Source: Laetmonice hystrix (lineage: Eukaryota). Taken from it: a stretch of 64,000 nucleotides of DNA. Numbering within the stretch: the first letter of the stretch is position 1; every line of letters starts with the position of its first letter. The stretch is from positions 33,916,001 to 33,980,000 of the forward strand of contig OZ249440.1 in the NCBI GenBank assembly GCA_965235115.1, in the 5' to 3' direction. The notes under the pieces were generated by a model that did not search any database, was not told the DNA's origin, and was given only the letters and a program-made list of their open reading frames with translations. Below, one piece after another: positions 1 to 13,058 of the stretch. Position numbers and translations under genes: made by a program.

Positions 1-1440
1 CCAAGACGAATACCAAGAGCAAGAACAAGATCAAGAGCAAGAAGAAGACCAAGAAGAAGACCAAGACCAATGGCAATACCAAGGGCAAGACCAAGAAGAA
101 GACCAAGAAGAAGACCAAGAAGAAGACCAAGAAGAAGACCAAGAAGAAGACCAAGACCAAGAAGAAGACCATCAAGAAGAAGAGCAAGACTAAGACCAAA
201 AAGAAGACCATCAAGAAGAAGAGCAAGACCAAGAGCAAGACCAAGAGCAAGACCAAGAGCAAGACCAAGACCAAGAGCAAGACCAAGGACAAGACCAAGA
301 ACAAGACCAAGACCAAGACCAAGACCAGGACCAAGAACAAGACCAAGAACAAGACCAAGACCAAGAACAAGACCAAGAAGAAGACCAGGAGCAAGACCAA
401 GAGCAGGAGCAAGAGCAAGACCAAGAGCAAGACCAAGACCAAGACCAGAAGCAAGACCAAGAGCAAGACCAAGAGCAAGACCAAGAGCAAGACCAAGAAG
501 AAGACCAAGAAGAAGACCAAGACCAGGAGCAAGACCAAGAGCAAGACCAAGAGCAAGACCAAGAGCAAGACCAAGACCAAGAGCAACACCAAGACCAAGA
601 GCAACACCAAGACCAAGACCAAGACCAAGAGCAATGGCAATACCAAGGGCAAGACCAAGAAGAAGACCAAGAAGAAGACCAGGTAGAAGACCAAGAAGAA
701 GACCAAGAAGAAGACCAAGACCATCAAGAAGAAGAGCAAGACCAAGACCAAAAAGAAGACCATCAAGAAGAAGAGCAAGACCAAGAGCAAGACCAAGAGC
801 AAGACCAAGACCAAGAGCAAGACCAAGAACAAGACCAAGAACAAGACCAAGACCAAGACCAGGACCAAGACCAGAACCAAGAGCAAGACCAAGAACAAGA
901 CCAAGAACAAGACCAAGACCAAGAAGAAGACCAAGAAGAAGACCAGGAGCAAGACCAAGAGCAGGAGCAAGAGCAAGACCAAGAGCAAGACCAAGACCAA
1001 GACCAGAAGCAAGACCAAGAGCAAGACCAAGAGCAAGAGCAAGACCTAGAGCAAGAGCAAGACCAAGAGCATGACCAAGAGCAAGACCAAGAGCAAGAGC
1101 AAGACCAAGAGCAAGACCAAGAGCAAGACCAAGAGCAAGACCAAGAGCAAGACCAAGAGCAAGACCAAGAAGAAGACCAAGAAGAAGACCAAGACCAGGA
1201 GCAAGACCAATAACAAGACCAAGAGCAAGACCAAGAGCAAGACCAAGACCAAGAGCAAGAGCAAGAGCAAGAGCAAGACCAAGACCAAGACCAAGAGCAA
1301 GAGCACAGGAGCAAGACCAAGAGCAAGACCAAGACCAAGAGCAAGGCCAAGACCAAGAAGAAGACCAAGACCAAGAAGAAGACCAGGAAGAAGACCAAGA
1401 AGAAGACCAAGACCAGGAGCAAGACCAAGACCAAGAACAA
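1..1440 (+). repeat. Hexamer microsatellite domain (CAAGAC/CAAGAG/GAAGAC)
   Basis: Directly visible 6-bp periodicity; + strand almost lacks T. Confidence 0.95.
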
Positions 1441-2142
1441 GAGGCAAGAGCCAAGAGGCAAGAGCCAAGAGACAAGAGCCAAGAGGCAACAGCCAAGAGG
1501 CAAGAGCCAAGAGGCAAGAGCCAAGAGGCAAGAGCCAAGAGGCAAGAGCCAAGAGGCAAGAGGCAAGAGCCAAGAGGCAAGAGCCAAGAGGCAAGAGCCA
1601 AGAGGCAAGAGCCAAGAGGCAAGAGCCAAGAGGCAAGAGCCAAGAGGCAAGAGCCAAGAGGCAAGAGCCAAGAGGCAAGAGCCAAGAGGCAAGAGCCAAG
1701 AGGCAAGAGCCAAGAGGCAAGAGCCAAGAGGCAAGAGCCAAGAGGCAAGAGCCAAGAGGCAAGAGCCAAGAGGCAAGAGCCAAGAGGCAAGAGCCAAGAG
1801 GCAAGAGCCAAGAGGCAAGAGCCAAGGGCCAAGAGGCAAGGGCCAAGAGGCAAGAGCCAAGAGGCAAGAGCCAAGAGGCAAGAGCCAAGAGGCAAGAGCC
1901 AAGAGGCAAGAGCCAAGAGGCAAGAGCCAAGAGGCAAGAGCCAAGAGCCAAGAGGCAAGAGGCATGAGCCAAGAGGCAAGAGCCAAGAGCCAAGAGGCAA
2001 GAGCCAAGAGCCAAGAGGCAAGAGGCAAGAGCCAAGAGGCAAGAGGCAAGAGGCAAGAGGCAAGAGGCAAGAGCCAAGAGGCAAGAGCCAAGAGGCAAGA
2101 GCCAAGAGGCAAGAGGCAAGAGGCAAGAGCCAAGAGCCAAGA
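1441..2142 (+). repeat. Heptamer/14-mer domain (CAAGAGG-CAAGAGC)n
   Basis: Directly visible. Further blocks at ~3811-4090, 10386-11109, 12778-13058, 17860-18430, 20091-20440, 22371-22630, 24786-25040, 25901-26000 and 36913-37050. Confidence 0.95.
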
Positions 2143-3325
2143 CATGAAATCCCAGACAAAACTGGTACATCAATGCAATAACCAAGGATGTCAACATGCT
2201 CAGGTTTAAACACGAAATCGCTGACAAAAACTGGTACATCAGATAAAAAGGAACAGTACAAGGATGGCGACAAGCTCAGTTTTAAACCCAAAATTGCTGA
2301 CAAAAACTGGTACATCAGTAACAATAAAGACACAAGCCAAGGCTGTCGAAATGACTTGGGTTTAAACATGATATGGCTGAAAAAACTGGTGAATGAGTAT
2401 AACAATAAGGCACACAAACCAAGGATGTCAACATGCTCAGGTTTAAACACGAAATCGCTGACAAAAACTGGTACATCAGATAAAAAGACGCAGTTCAAGG
2501 ATGGCGACAAGCTCAGTTTTAAACCCAAAATTGCTGACAAAAACTGGTACATCAGTAACAATAAAGACACAAGCCAAGGCTGTCGAAATGACTTGGGTTT
2601 AAACATGATATGGCTGAAAAAACTGGTGAATGAGTATAACAATAAGGGACACAAACCAAGCGTGCCAACATGCTCAGGTTTAAACATGAAATCATGGACA
2701 AAACTGGTACATGAATATAATAACCGAGGATGTCAACATGCTCAGTTTAAACACGAAATCGCTGACAAAAACTGGTACATCAGTATAACAAAAAGACACA
2801 AACCAAGGCTGTCGGCATGACTTGGGTTTAACCATGATATGGCTGAAAAAACTGGTGAATGAGTATAACAATAAGGGACACAAACCAAGGGTGCCAACAT
2901 GCTCAGGTTTAAACATGAATTCACGGACAAACTAGTACATCAAAACAATAACCAAGGATGTCAACATGCTCAGGTTTAAACACGAAATCGCTGACAAAAA
3001 CGGGTACATGAGTATAACAGTAAAGACACAAACCAAGGCGGTCGAAGTGACTTGGGTTTAAACATGATAAGGCAAAAAAAAACTGGTGAATGAGTATAAC
3101 AATAAAGGGACACAAACCAAGGGTGCCAACATGCTCAGGTTTAAACATGAAATCACGGACAACACTGGTACATAAATATAATAACCAAGGATGTCAACAT
3201 GTTCAGGTTAAACACGAAATTGCTGAGAAAAACTGGTACATCAGTATAACAAAAAGACACAAACCAAGGCTGTCGAAGTGACTTGGGTTTAAACATGATA
3301 CGGCTGAAAAAACTGGTGAACACAA
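2143..3325 (+). repeat. 67-83-bp satellite with GTTTAAAC core, arranged as ~229-237-bp trimers
   Basis: Monomer consensus CCAAGG...GTTTAAAC...AAAACTGGT. Further blocks at ~11110-12292, 18431-19610, 20441-21567, 22631-24300 and 34700-36445. Confidence 0.9.
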
Positions 3326-3810
3326 AGAAAGACCAAGGATGTCCACATAAAAACTGCATCACTAAACTGGTGAGGATGGGATGGCTATTGGGAGGAGGCG
3401 GCCATAATAACAAAACTGATCATGACATTTATATAGGTATAGGTACAGCCAGTTGCTACAGAATGAATATCAGACCAACCTCACCATCAAAACAATATCA
3501 AAACTAAACTGGTGAAGTTTGTGAAGCCTATGCCTACATTTTCGAGTTGGTGTACACATTGTGAATGGATCAGATGGCTATGTGGAAAGGAGGCCATAGA
3601 AGCTGACTTCTGGGTGACTTTTGAGGAGAAAAGGTGAAATCCTGAGTGGTCTTGTCTGAATTTCAGAAGACATTCAGGTTAAAATAATAAAGGGACTGGT
3701 GCATCAGCCAAATCACACACGGAGAAGGCAGGTTGTTGGTTGGCCTTCACGCACTGCAGCGAGGCTGGGGCTGCAGATTAGGACTTTAATTGAAAACGAT
3801 GTGAATGTGA
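3326..3810 (+). repeat. ~480-bp non-tandem module of the macro-repeat, with hairpins
   Basis: Recurs at ~12293-12777, 19610-20090, 21568-22370 (internally duplicated), 24300-24785, 25443-25900 and 36445-36912. Contains inverted repeats GAAGGC..GCCTTC and CTGCAGC..GCTGCAG. Confidence 0.85.
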
Positions 3811-4090
3811 TCAAGAGGCAAGAGGCAAGAGGCAAGAGCTAAGAGCCAAGAGGCAAGAGGCAAGAGCCAAGAGGCAAGAGCCAAGAGGCAAGAGCCAAGA
3901 GCCAACAGGCAAGAGCCAACAGGCAAGAGCCAAGGGCCAAAGGCCAAGAGGCAAGAGCCAAGAGGCAAGAAGACCCAAGAGGCAAGAGCCAAGAGGCAAG
4001 AGACAAGAGCCAAGAGGCAAGGGCCAAGAGCCAAGAGCCAAGAGGCAAGAGCCAAGGGCCAAGAGGCAAGAGGCAAGAGCCAAGAGGCAA

Positions 4091-7000
4091 GAGAAAGACC
4101 AAGAGCAAGACCAAGAGCAAGACCAAGAGCAAGACCTAGAGCAAGACCAAGAGCAAGACCAACACCAAGACCAAGAAGAAGACCAAGACCAAGACCAAGA
4201 AGAAGACCAAGAAGAAGACCAAGAGCAAGACCAAGAGCAAGACCAAGACCAAGACCAAGAAGAAGAGCAAGACCAAGACCAAGACCAAGAAGAAGACCAA
4301 GAGCAAGACCAAGAGCAAGACATAGAGCAACACCAAGAGCAAGAGCAACACCAAGACTAAGAAGAAGACCAAGACCAAGACCAAGAAGAAGACAAAGACC
4401 AGGAGCAAGAGCAAGACCAAGACCAAGAGCAAGACCAAGAGCAAGACCAAGACCAAGAGCAAGACCAAGACCAAGAGCAAGACCAAGACCAGAAGCAAGA
4501 CCAGAAGCAAGACCAAGAGCAAGACCAAGAGCAAGACCAAGAGCAAGAGCAAAATCAAGACCAAGAGCAAGACCAACACCAAGACCAAGAAGAAGACCCA
4601 CACCAAGACCAAAAAGAAGACCAAGAAGAAGACCAAGAAGAAGACCAAGACCAAGAGCAAGACCAAGAGCAAGAGCAAGACCAATACGAAGACCAGGACC
4701 AAGAAGAAGAGACCAAGAAGAAGCCCAAGACGAAGAAGAAGACCAAGACGAAGAAGAAGACCAAGAAGAAGACCAACAGCAAGACCAACAGCAAGACCAA
4801 GAGCAAGACCAAGAGCAAGACCAAGAGCAAGACCAAGAGCAAGACCAAGACCAAGACCAAGAGCAGGAGCAAGGCCGAGAGCAAGAGCAAGAACGAGAGC
4901 AAGACGAGGAGCAAGACCAGGACCAAGACCAAGACCAAGACCAAGACGACGACCAAGAAAAAGACCAGGAGCAAGACCAAGAGCAAGACCAGGAGCAAGA
5001 CAAGGAGCAAGACCAAGAGCAAGAGCAAGAGCAAGACCAAGACGAATCCCAAGACCAAGAAGAAGACCAAGACCAAGAAGAAGACCAAGAAGAAGACCAA
5101 GAAGAAGATCAAGACCAGGAGCAAGACCAAGAGCAAGACCAAGTGCAAGAGCAAGACCAAGACCAAGAGCAAGGCCAGGAGCAAGACCAAGAGCAAGACC
5201 AAGAGCAAGACCAAGAGCAAGACCAAGACCAAGAAGAAGACCAAGAGCAAGACCAAGAGTAAGACCAAGACCAGGAGCAAGACCAAGAACAAGACCAAGA
5301 GCAAGACCAGGACCAAGACCAAGACCAGGACCAAGACCAAGACGAAGAGCAAGACTAAGAACAAGACCAAGAACAAGGCCAAGAAGAAGACCAAGAAGAA
5401 GACCAGGAGCAAGACCAAGAGCAGGAGCAACAGTAAGACCAAGAGCAAGACCAAGACCAAGAGCAAGACCAGGAGCAAGACCAAGAGCAAGACCAAGAGC
5501 AAGACCAAGGCCAAGACCAACAGAAAGACCAACAGCAAGAGCAAGAAGAAAACCAAGACCAAGAAGAAGACCAAGAAGAAGACCAAGAAGAAGACCAAGA
5601 GCAAGAGCAAGACCAAGAGCAAGACCAAGAGCAACACCAAGACGAATACCAAGACCTAGAAGAAGACCAAGACGAAGAAGAAGACCAAGAAGAAGACCAA
5701 GAAGAAGACCAAGACCAGGAGCAAGACCAAGAGCAAGACCAAGTGCAAGACCAAGACCAAGAGCAAGACCAAGAGCAAGACCAAGACCTTGAAGAAGACC
5801 AGGAGCAAGACCAAGAGCATGAGCAAGACCAAGACCAAGACCAGGAGCAAGACCAGGAGCAAGACCAAGAGCAAGAGCAAGAGCAAGAGCAAGACCAAGA
5901 CGAATCCCAAGACCAAGAAGAAGACCAAGACCAAGAAGAAGACCAAGACCAAGAAGAAGACCAAGAAGAAGACCAAGAAGAAGACCAAGAAGAAGACCAA
6001 GACCAGGAGCAACACCAAGAGCAAGACCAAGTGCAAGAGCAAGACCAAGACCAAGAGCAAGACCAGGAGCAAAACCAAGAGCAAGACCAAGAGCAAGACC
6101 AAGAGCAAGACCAAGACCAAGACCAAGAAGAAGACCAAGAGCAAGACCAAGAGTAAGACCAAGAACAGGAGTAACCAATAACAAGACCAAGAGCAAGACC
6201 AGGACCAAGACCAGGACCAAGACCAAGACCAGGACCAAGACTAAGAGCAAGACTAAGAACAAGACCAAGAACAAGGCCAAGACCAAGAAGAAGACCAAGA
6301 AGAAGACCAGGAGCCAGACCAAGAGCAGGAGCAAGAGTAAGACCAAGAGCAAGACCAAGACCAGGAGCAAGACCAGGAGCAAGACCAAGAGCAAGACCAA
6401 GACCAAGAGCAAGAGCAAGAAGAAGACCAAGACCAAGAAGAAGACCAAGAAGAAGACCAAGAAGAAGCCCAAGAGCAAGACCAAGAGCAAGACCAAGAGC
6501 AAGAGCAAGAAGAAGACCAAGACCAAGAAGAAGACCAAGAAGAAGACCAAGAGCAAAACCAAGAGCAAGACCAAGACCAAGAGCAAGACTAAGAGCAAGA
6601 CCGAGAGCAAGACCAAGAACAAGACCAAGAGCAAGACCAAGAGCAAGACCAAGAGCAAGACCAAGAGCAAGACCAAGAGCAAGAGCAAGACCAAGAGCAA
6701 GACCAAGAAGAAGACCAAGACCAAGACCACGACCAAGAAGAAGACCAAGACCAAGACCAAGAGCAAGACGAAGAGCAAGACCAAGAGCAAGACCAAGAGC
6801 AAGACCAAGACCAGGAGCAAGACCAAGAGCAAGACCAAGAGCAAGACCAAGAGCAAGACCAAGAACAAGACCAAGAACAAGACCAGGAACAAGAAGAAGA
6901 CCAAGAAGACCGAGAAGAAGACCAGGAGCAAGACCAAGAGCAAGACCAAGAGCAAGAGCAAGACCAAGAGCAAGACCAAGAGTAAGACCAAGACGAAGAC

Positions 7001-10000
7001 CAAGACCAAGAACAAGAACAAGACCAAGAGCAAGAGCAAGACCGAGAGCAGCACCAAGACGAAGACCAAGCCCAAAGACAAGCCCAAGACCAAGAAGAAG
7101 ACCAAGAAGAAGAGCAAGACCAAGAGCAAGACCAAGAGCAAGACCAAGACCAGGAGCAAGACCAAGAGCAAGACCAAGAGCAAGACCAGGGGCAAGACCA
7201 AGAGCAAAAACAAGACCAAGAGCAAGACCAAGAACAAGAAGAAGACCAAGAAGAAGTCAAGAAGAAGACCAGGAGCAAGACCAAGAGCAAAACCAAGAGC
7301 AAGACCAAGACCAGGAGCAATACCAAGAACAAGACCAAGAGCAAGACCAAGAGCAAGACCAAGAGCAAGACCAAGAGGAAAAGCAAGACCAGGGCAAGAC
7401 CAAGAGCAAGACCAAGAGCAAGAGCAAGACCAAGAGCAAGACCAAGAACAAGACCAAGAGCAAGACCAAGAACAAGAACAAGACCAAGACCAAGAAGAAG
7501 TCAAGAAGAAGACCAAGAGCAAGACCAAGAGCAAGACCAAGAGCAAGACCAAGAGGAAAAGCAAGACCAGGGCAAGACCAAGAGCAAGACCAAGAGCAAG
7601 AGCAAGACAAAGAGCAAGACCAAGAACAAGACCAAGAGCAAGACCAAGAACAAGAACAAGACCAAGACCAAGAAGAAGTCAAGAAGAAGACCAAGAGCAA
7701 GACCAAGAGCAAGACCAAGAGCAAGACCAAGAGCAAGACCAGGAGCAAGACCAAGAGCAAGACCAAGTGCAAGAGCAAGACCAAGACCAAGAGCAAGACC
7801 AGGAGCAAGACCAAGAGCAAGACCAAGAGCAAGACCAAGACCAAGAGATGGACCAAGACGAAGACCAAGACCAAGAGCAAGACCAAGAGCAAGAGCAAGA
7901 CCGAGAGCAAGACCAAGAGCAAGACCAAGAGCAAGACCAAGAGCAAGACCAAGAGCAAGAGCAACACAAAGACCAAGACCAAGACCAAGAACAAGACCAA
8001 GAGCAAGACCAGGAGCAAGACCAAGAGCAAGACCAAGACCAAAAAGAAGTCAAGAAGAAGACCAGGAGCAAGACCAAGAGCAAGAGCAAGACCAAGAGGA
8101 AGACCAAGAGCAAGACCAAGAGCAAGACCAAGACCAAGAAGAAGACCAAGACGAAGAATAAGACCAAGAAGAAGACCAAGACCAGGAGCAAGACCAAGAG
8201 CAACACCAAGTGCAAGACCAAGACCAAGTGCAAGACCAAGACCAAGACCAAGAGCAAGACCAGGAGCAAGACCAAGAGCAAGACCAAGACCAAGAGCAAC
8301 ACCAAGAACAAGAAGAAGACCAAGAAGACCAAGAAGAAGCCCAGAAGCAAGACCAAGAGCAAGACCAAGAGGTAGACCAAGACCAAGAGGAAGACCAAGA
8401 GCAAGACCAAGAGCAAGACCAAGACCAAGACCAAGACCAAGACCGAGAGCAACACCAAGACGAAGACCAAGACCAAAGACAAGCCCAAGACCAAGAAGAA
8501 GACCAAGAGCAAGACCAAGATGAGGACCAAGAACAAGAGCAAGACCAAGAGCAAGACCAAGAGCAAGACCAGGACCAGGAGCAAGACCAAGAACAAGACC
8601 AAGAACAAGACCAAGAGCAAGACCAAGAGCAAGACCAAGAGCAAGACCAGGGGCAAGAACAAGACCAAGAGCAAGACCAAGAACAAGACCAAGAACAAGA
8701 CCAAGAACAAGACCAAGAACAAGACCAAGAACAAGACCAAAAAGAAGACCAGGAGCAAGACCAAGAGCAAGGCCAAGAGCAAGACCAAGAGCAAGACCAA
8801 GACCAGGAGCAATACCAAGAACAAGACCAAGAGCAAGACCAAGAGCAAGACCAAGAGCAAGACCAAGAGCAAGACCAAGAGCAAGAGGAAGACCAGGGGC
8901 AAGAGCAAGAGCAAGACCAAGACCAAGAGCAAGACCAAGAGCAAGACCAAGACGAATACCAAGAGCAAGAACAAGATCAAGAGCAAGAAGAAGACCAAGA
9001 AGAAGACCAAGACCAATGGCAATACCAAGGGCAAGACCAAGAAGAAGACCAAGAAGAAGACCAAGAAGAAGACCAAGAAGAAGACCAAGAAGAAGACCAA
9101 GACCAAGAAGAAGACCATCAAGAAGAAGAGCAAGACTAAGACCAAAAAGAAGACCATCAAGAAGAAGAGCAAGACCAAGAGCAAGACCAAGAGCAAGACC
9201 AAGAGCAAGACCAAGACCAAGAGCAAGACCAAGGACAAGACCAAGAACAAGACCAAGACCAAGACCAAGACCAGGACCAAGAACAAGACCAAGAACAAGA
9301 CCAAGACCAAGAACAAGACCAAGAAGAAGACCAGGAGCAAGACCAAGAGCAGGAGCAAGAGCAAGACCAAGAGCAAGACCAAGACCAAGACCAGAAGCAA
9401 GACCAAGAGCAAGACCAAGAGCAAGACCAAGAGCAAGACCAAGAAGAAGACCAAGAAGAAGACCAAGACCAGGAGCAAGACCAAGAGCAAGACCAAGAGC
9501 AAGACCAAGAGCAAGACCAAGACCAAGAGCAACACCAAGACCAAGAGCAACACCAAGACCAAGACCAAGACCAAGAGCAATGGCAATACCAAGGGCAAGA
9601 CCAAGAAGAAGACCAAGAAGAAGACCAGGTAGAAGACCAAGAAGAAGACCAAGAAGAAGACCAAGACCATCAAGAAGAAGAGCAAGACCAAGACCAAAAA
9701 GAAGACCATCAAGAAGAAGAGCAAGACCAAGAGCAAGACCAAGAGCAAGACCAAGACCAAGAGCAAGACCAAGAACAAGACCAAGAACAAGACCAAGACC
9801 AAGACCAGGACCAAGACCAGAACCAAGAGCAAGACCAAGAACAAGACCAAGAACAAGACCAAGACCAAGAAGAAGACCAAGAAGAAGACCAGGAGCAAGA
9901 CCAAGAGCAGGAGCAAGAGCAAGACCAAGAGCAAGACCAAGACCAAGACCAGAAGCAAGACCAAGAGCAAGACCAAGAGCAAGAGCAAGACCTAGAGCAA

Positions 10001-10385
10001 GAGCAAGACCAAGAGCATGACCAAGAGCAAGACCAAGAGCAAGAGCAAGACCAAGAGCAAGACCAAGAGCAAGACCAAGAGCAAGACCAAGAGCAAGACC
10101 AAGAGCAAGACCAAGAAGAAGACCAAGAAGAAGACCAAGACCAGGAGCAAGACCAATAACAAGACCAAGAGCAAGACCAAGAGCAAGACCAAGACCAAGA
10201 GCAAGAGCAAGAGCAAGAGCAAGACCAAGACCAAGACCAAGAGCAAGAGCACAGGAGCAAGACCAAGAGCAAGACCAAGACCAAGAGCAAGGCCAAGACC
10301 AAGAAGAAGACCAAGACCAAGAAGAAGACCAGGAAGAAGACCAAGAAGAAGACCAAGACCAGGAGCAAGACCAAGACCAAGAACA
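4091..10385 (+). repeat. Long hexamer microsatellite domain
   Basis: 6-bp periodicity; the second half repeats 1-1440 at offset 8946. Confidence 0.95.
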
Positions 10386-13058
10386 AGAGGCAAGAGCCAA
10401 GAGGCAAGAGCCAAGAGACAAGAGCCAAGAGGCAACAGCCAAGAGGCAAGAGCCAAGAGGCAAGAGCCAAGAGGCAAGAGCCAAGAGGCAAGAGCCAAGA
10501 GGCAAGAGGCAAGAGCCAAGAGGCAAGAGCCAAGAGGCAAGAGCCAAGAGGCAAGAGCCAAGAGGCAAGAGCCAAGAGGCAAGAGCCAAGAGGCAAGAGC
10601 CAAGAGGCAAGAGCCAAGAGGCAAGAGCCAAGAGGCAAGAGCCAAGAGGCAAGAGCCAAGAGGCAAGAGCCAAGAGGCAAGAGCCAAGAGGCAAGAGCCA
10701 AGAGGCAAGAGCCAAGAGGCAAGAGCCAAGAGGCAAGAGCCAAGAGGCAAGAGCCAAGAGGCAAGAGCCAAGAGGCAAGAGCCAAGGGCCAAGAGGCAAG
10801 GGCCAAGAGGCAAGAGCCAAGAGGCAAGAGCCAAGAGGCAAGAGCCAAGAGGCAAGAGCCAAGAGGCAAGAGCCAAGAGGCAAGAGCCAAGAGGCAAGAG
10901 CCAAGAGGCAAGAGCCAAGAGCCAAGAGGCAAGAGGCATGAGCCAAGAGGCAAGAGCCAAGAGCCAAGAGGCAAGAGCCAAGAGCCAAGAGGCAAGAGGC
11001 AAGAGCCAAGAGGCAAGAGGCAAGAGGCAAGAGGCAAGAGCCAAGAGGCAAGAGCCAAGAGGCAAGAGCCAAGAGGCAAGAGGCAAGAGGCAAGAGCCAA
11101 GAGCCAAGACATGAAATCCCAGACAAAACTGGTACATCAATGCAATAACCAAGGATGTCAACATGCTCAGGTTTAAACACGAAATCGCTGACAAAAACTG
11201 GTACATCAGATAAAAAGGAACAGTACAAGGATGGCGACAAGCTCAGTTTTAAACCCAAAATTGCTGACAAAAACTGGTACATCAGTAACAATAAAGACAC
11301 AAGCCAAGGCTGTCGAAATGACTTGGGTTTAAACATGATATGGCTGAAAAAACTGGTGAATGAGTATAACAATAAGGCACACAAACCAAGGATGTCAACA
11401 TGCTCAGGTTTAAACACGAAATCGCTGACAAAAACTGGTACATCAGATAAAAAGACGCAGTTCAAGGATGGCGACAAGCTCAGTTTTAAACCCAAAATTG
11501 CTGACAAAAACTGGTACATCAGTAACAATAAAGACACAAGCCAAGGCTGTCGAAATGACTTGGGTTTAAACATGATATGGCTGAAAAAACTGGTGAATGA
11601 GTATAACAATAAGGGACACAAACCAAGCGTGCCAACATGCTCAGGTTTAAACATGAAATCATGGACAAAACTGGTACATGAATATAATAACCGAGGATGT
11701 CAACATGCTCAGTTTAAACACGAAATCGCTGACAAAAACTGGTACATCAGTATAACAAAAAGACACAAACCAAGGCTGTCGGCATGACTTGGGTTTAACC
11801 ATGATATGGCTGAAAAAACTGGTGAATGAGTATAACAATAAGGGACACAAACCAAGGGTGCCAACATGCTCAGGTTTAAACATGAATTCACGGACAAACT
11901 AGTACATCAAAACAATAACCAAGGATGTCAACATGCTCAGGTTTAAACACGAAATCGCTGACAAAAACGGGTACATGAGTATAACAGTAAAGACACAAAC
12001 CAAGGCGGTCGAAGTGACTTGGGTTTAAACATGATAAGGCAAAAAAAAACTGGTGAATGAGTATAACAATAAAGGGACACAAACCAAGGGTGCCAACATG
12101 CTCAGGTTTAAACATGAAATCACGGACAACACTGGTACATAAATATAATAACCAAGGATGTCAACATGTTCAGGTTAAACACGAAATTGCTGAGAAAAAC
12201 TGGTACATCAGTATAACAAAAAGACACAAACCAAGGCTGTCGAAGTGACTTGGGTTTAAACATGATACGGCTGAAAAAACTGGTGAACACAAAGAAAGAC
12301 CAAGGATGTCCACATAAAAACTGCATCACTAAACTGGTGAGGATGGGATGGCTATTGGGAGGAGGCGGCCATAATAACAAAACTGATCATGACATTTATA
12401 TAGGTATAGGTACAGCCAGTTGCTACAGAATGAATATCAGACCAACCTCACCATCAAAACAATATCAAAACTAAACTGGTGAAGTTTGTGAAGCCTATGC
12501 CTACATTTTCGAGTTGGTGTACACATTGTGAATGGATCAGATGGCTATGTGGAAAGGAGGCCATAGAAGCTGACTTCTGGGTGACTTTTGAGGAGAAAAG
12601 GTGAAATCCTGAGTGGTCTTGTCTGAATTTCAGAAGACATTCAGGTTAAAATAATAAAGGGACTGGTGCATCAGCCAAATCACACACGGAGAAGGCAGGT
12701 TGTTGGTTGGCCTTCACGCACTGCAGCGAGGCTGGGGCTGCAGATTAGGACTTTAATTGAAAACGATGTGAATGTGATCAAGAGGCAAGAGGCAAGAGGC
12801 AAGAGCTAAGAGCCAAGAGGCAAGAGGCAAGAGCCAAGAGGCAAGAGCCAAGAGGCAAGAGCCAAGAGCCAACAGGCAAGAGCCAACAGGCAAGAGCCAA
12901 GGGCCAAAGGCCAAGAGGCAAGAGCCAAGAGGCAAGAAGACCCAAGAGGCAAGAGCCAAGAGGCAAGAGACAAGAGCCAAGAGGCAAGGGCCAAGAGCCA
13001 AGAGCCAAGAGGCAAGAGCCAAGGGCCAAGAGGCAAGAGGCAAGAGCCAAGAGGCAAG

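Noticed and set aside
2188..2820. 210-aa ORF repeated at 11155 and 18476
   Set aside because: It is a 237-bp satellite trimer read in frame; neighbouring monomers are frameshifted and no domain is recognisable.
2143..3325. CRISPR-like regular spacing of a palindromic motif
   Set aside because: The intervening sequences are themselves repeated homologous monomers rather than unique spacers; there are no cas genes and the context is eukaryotic.
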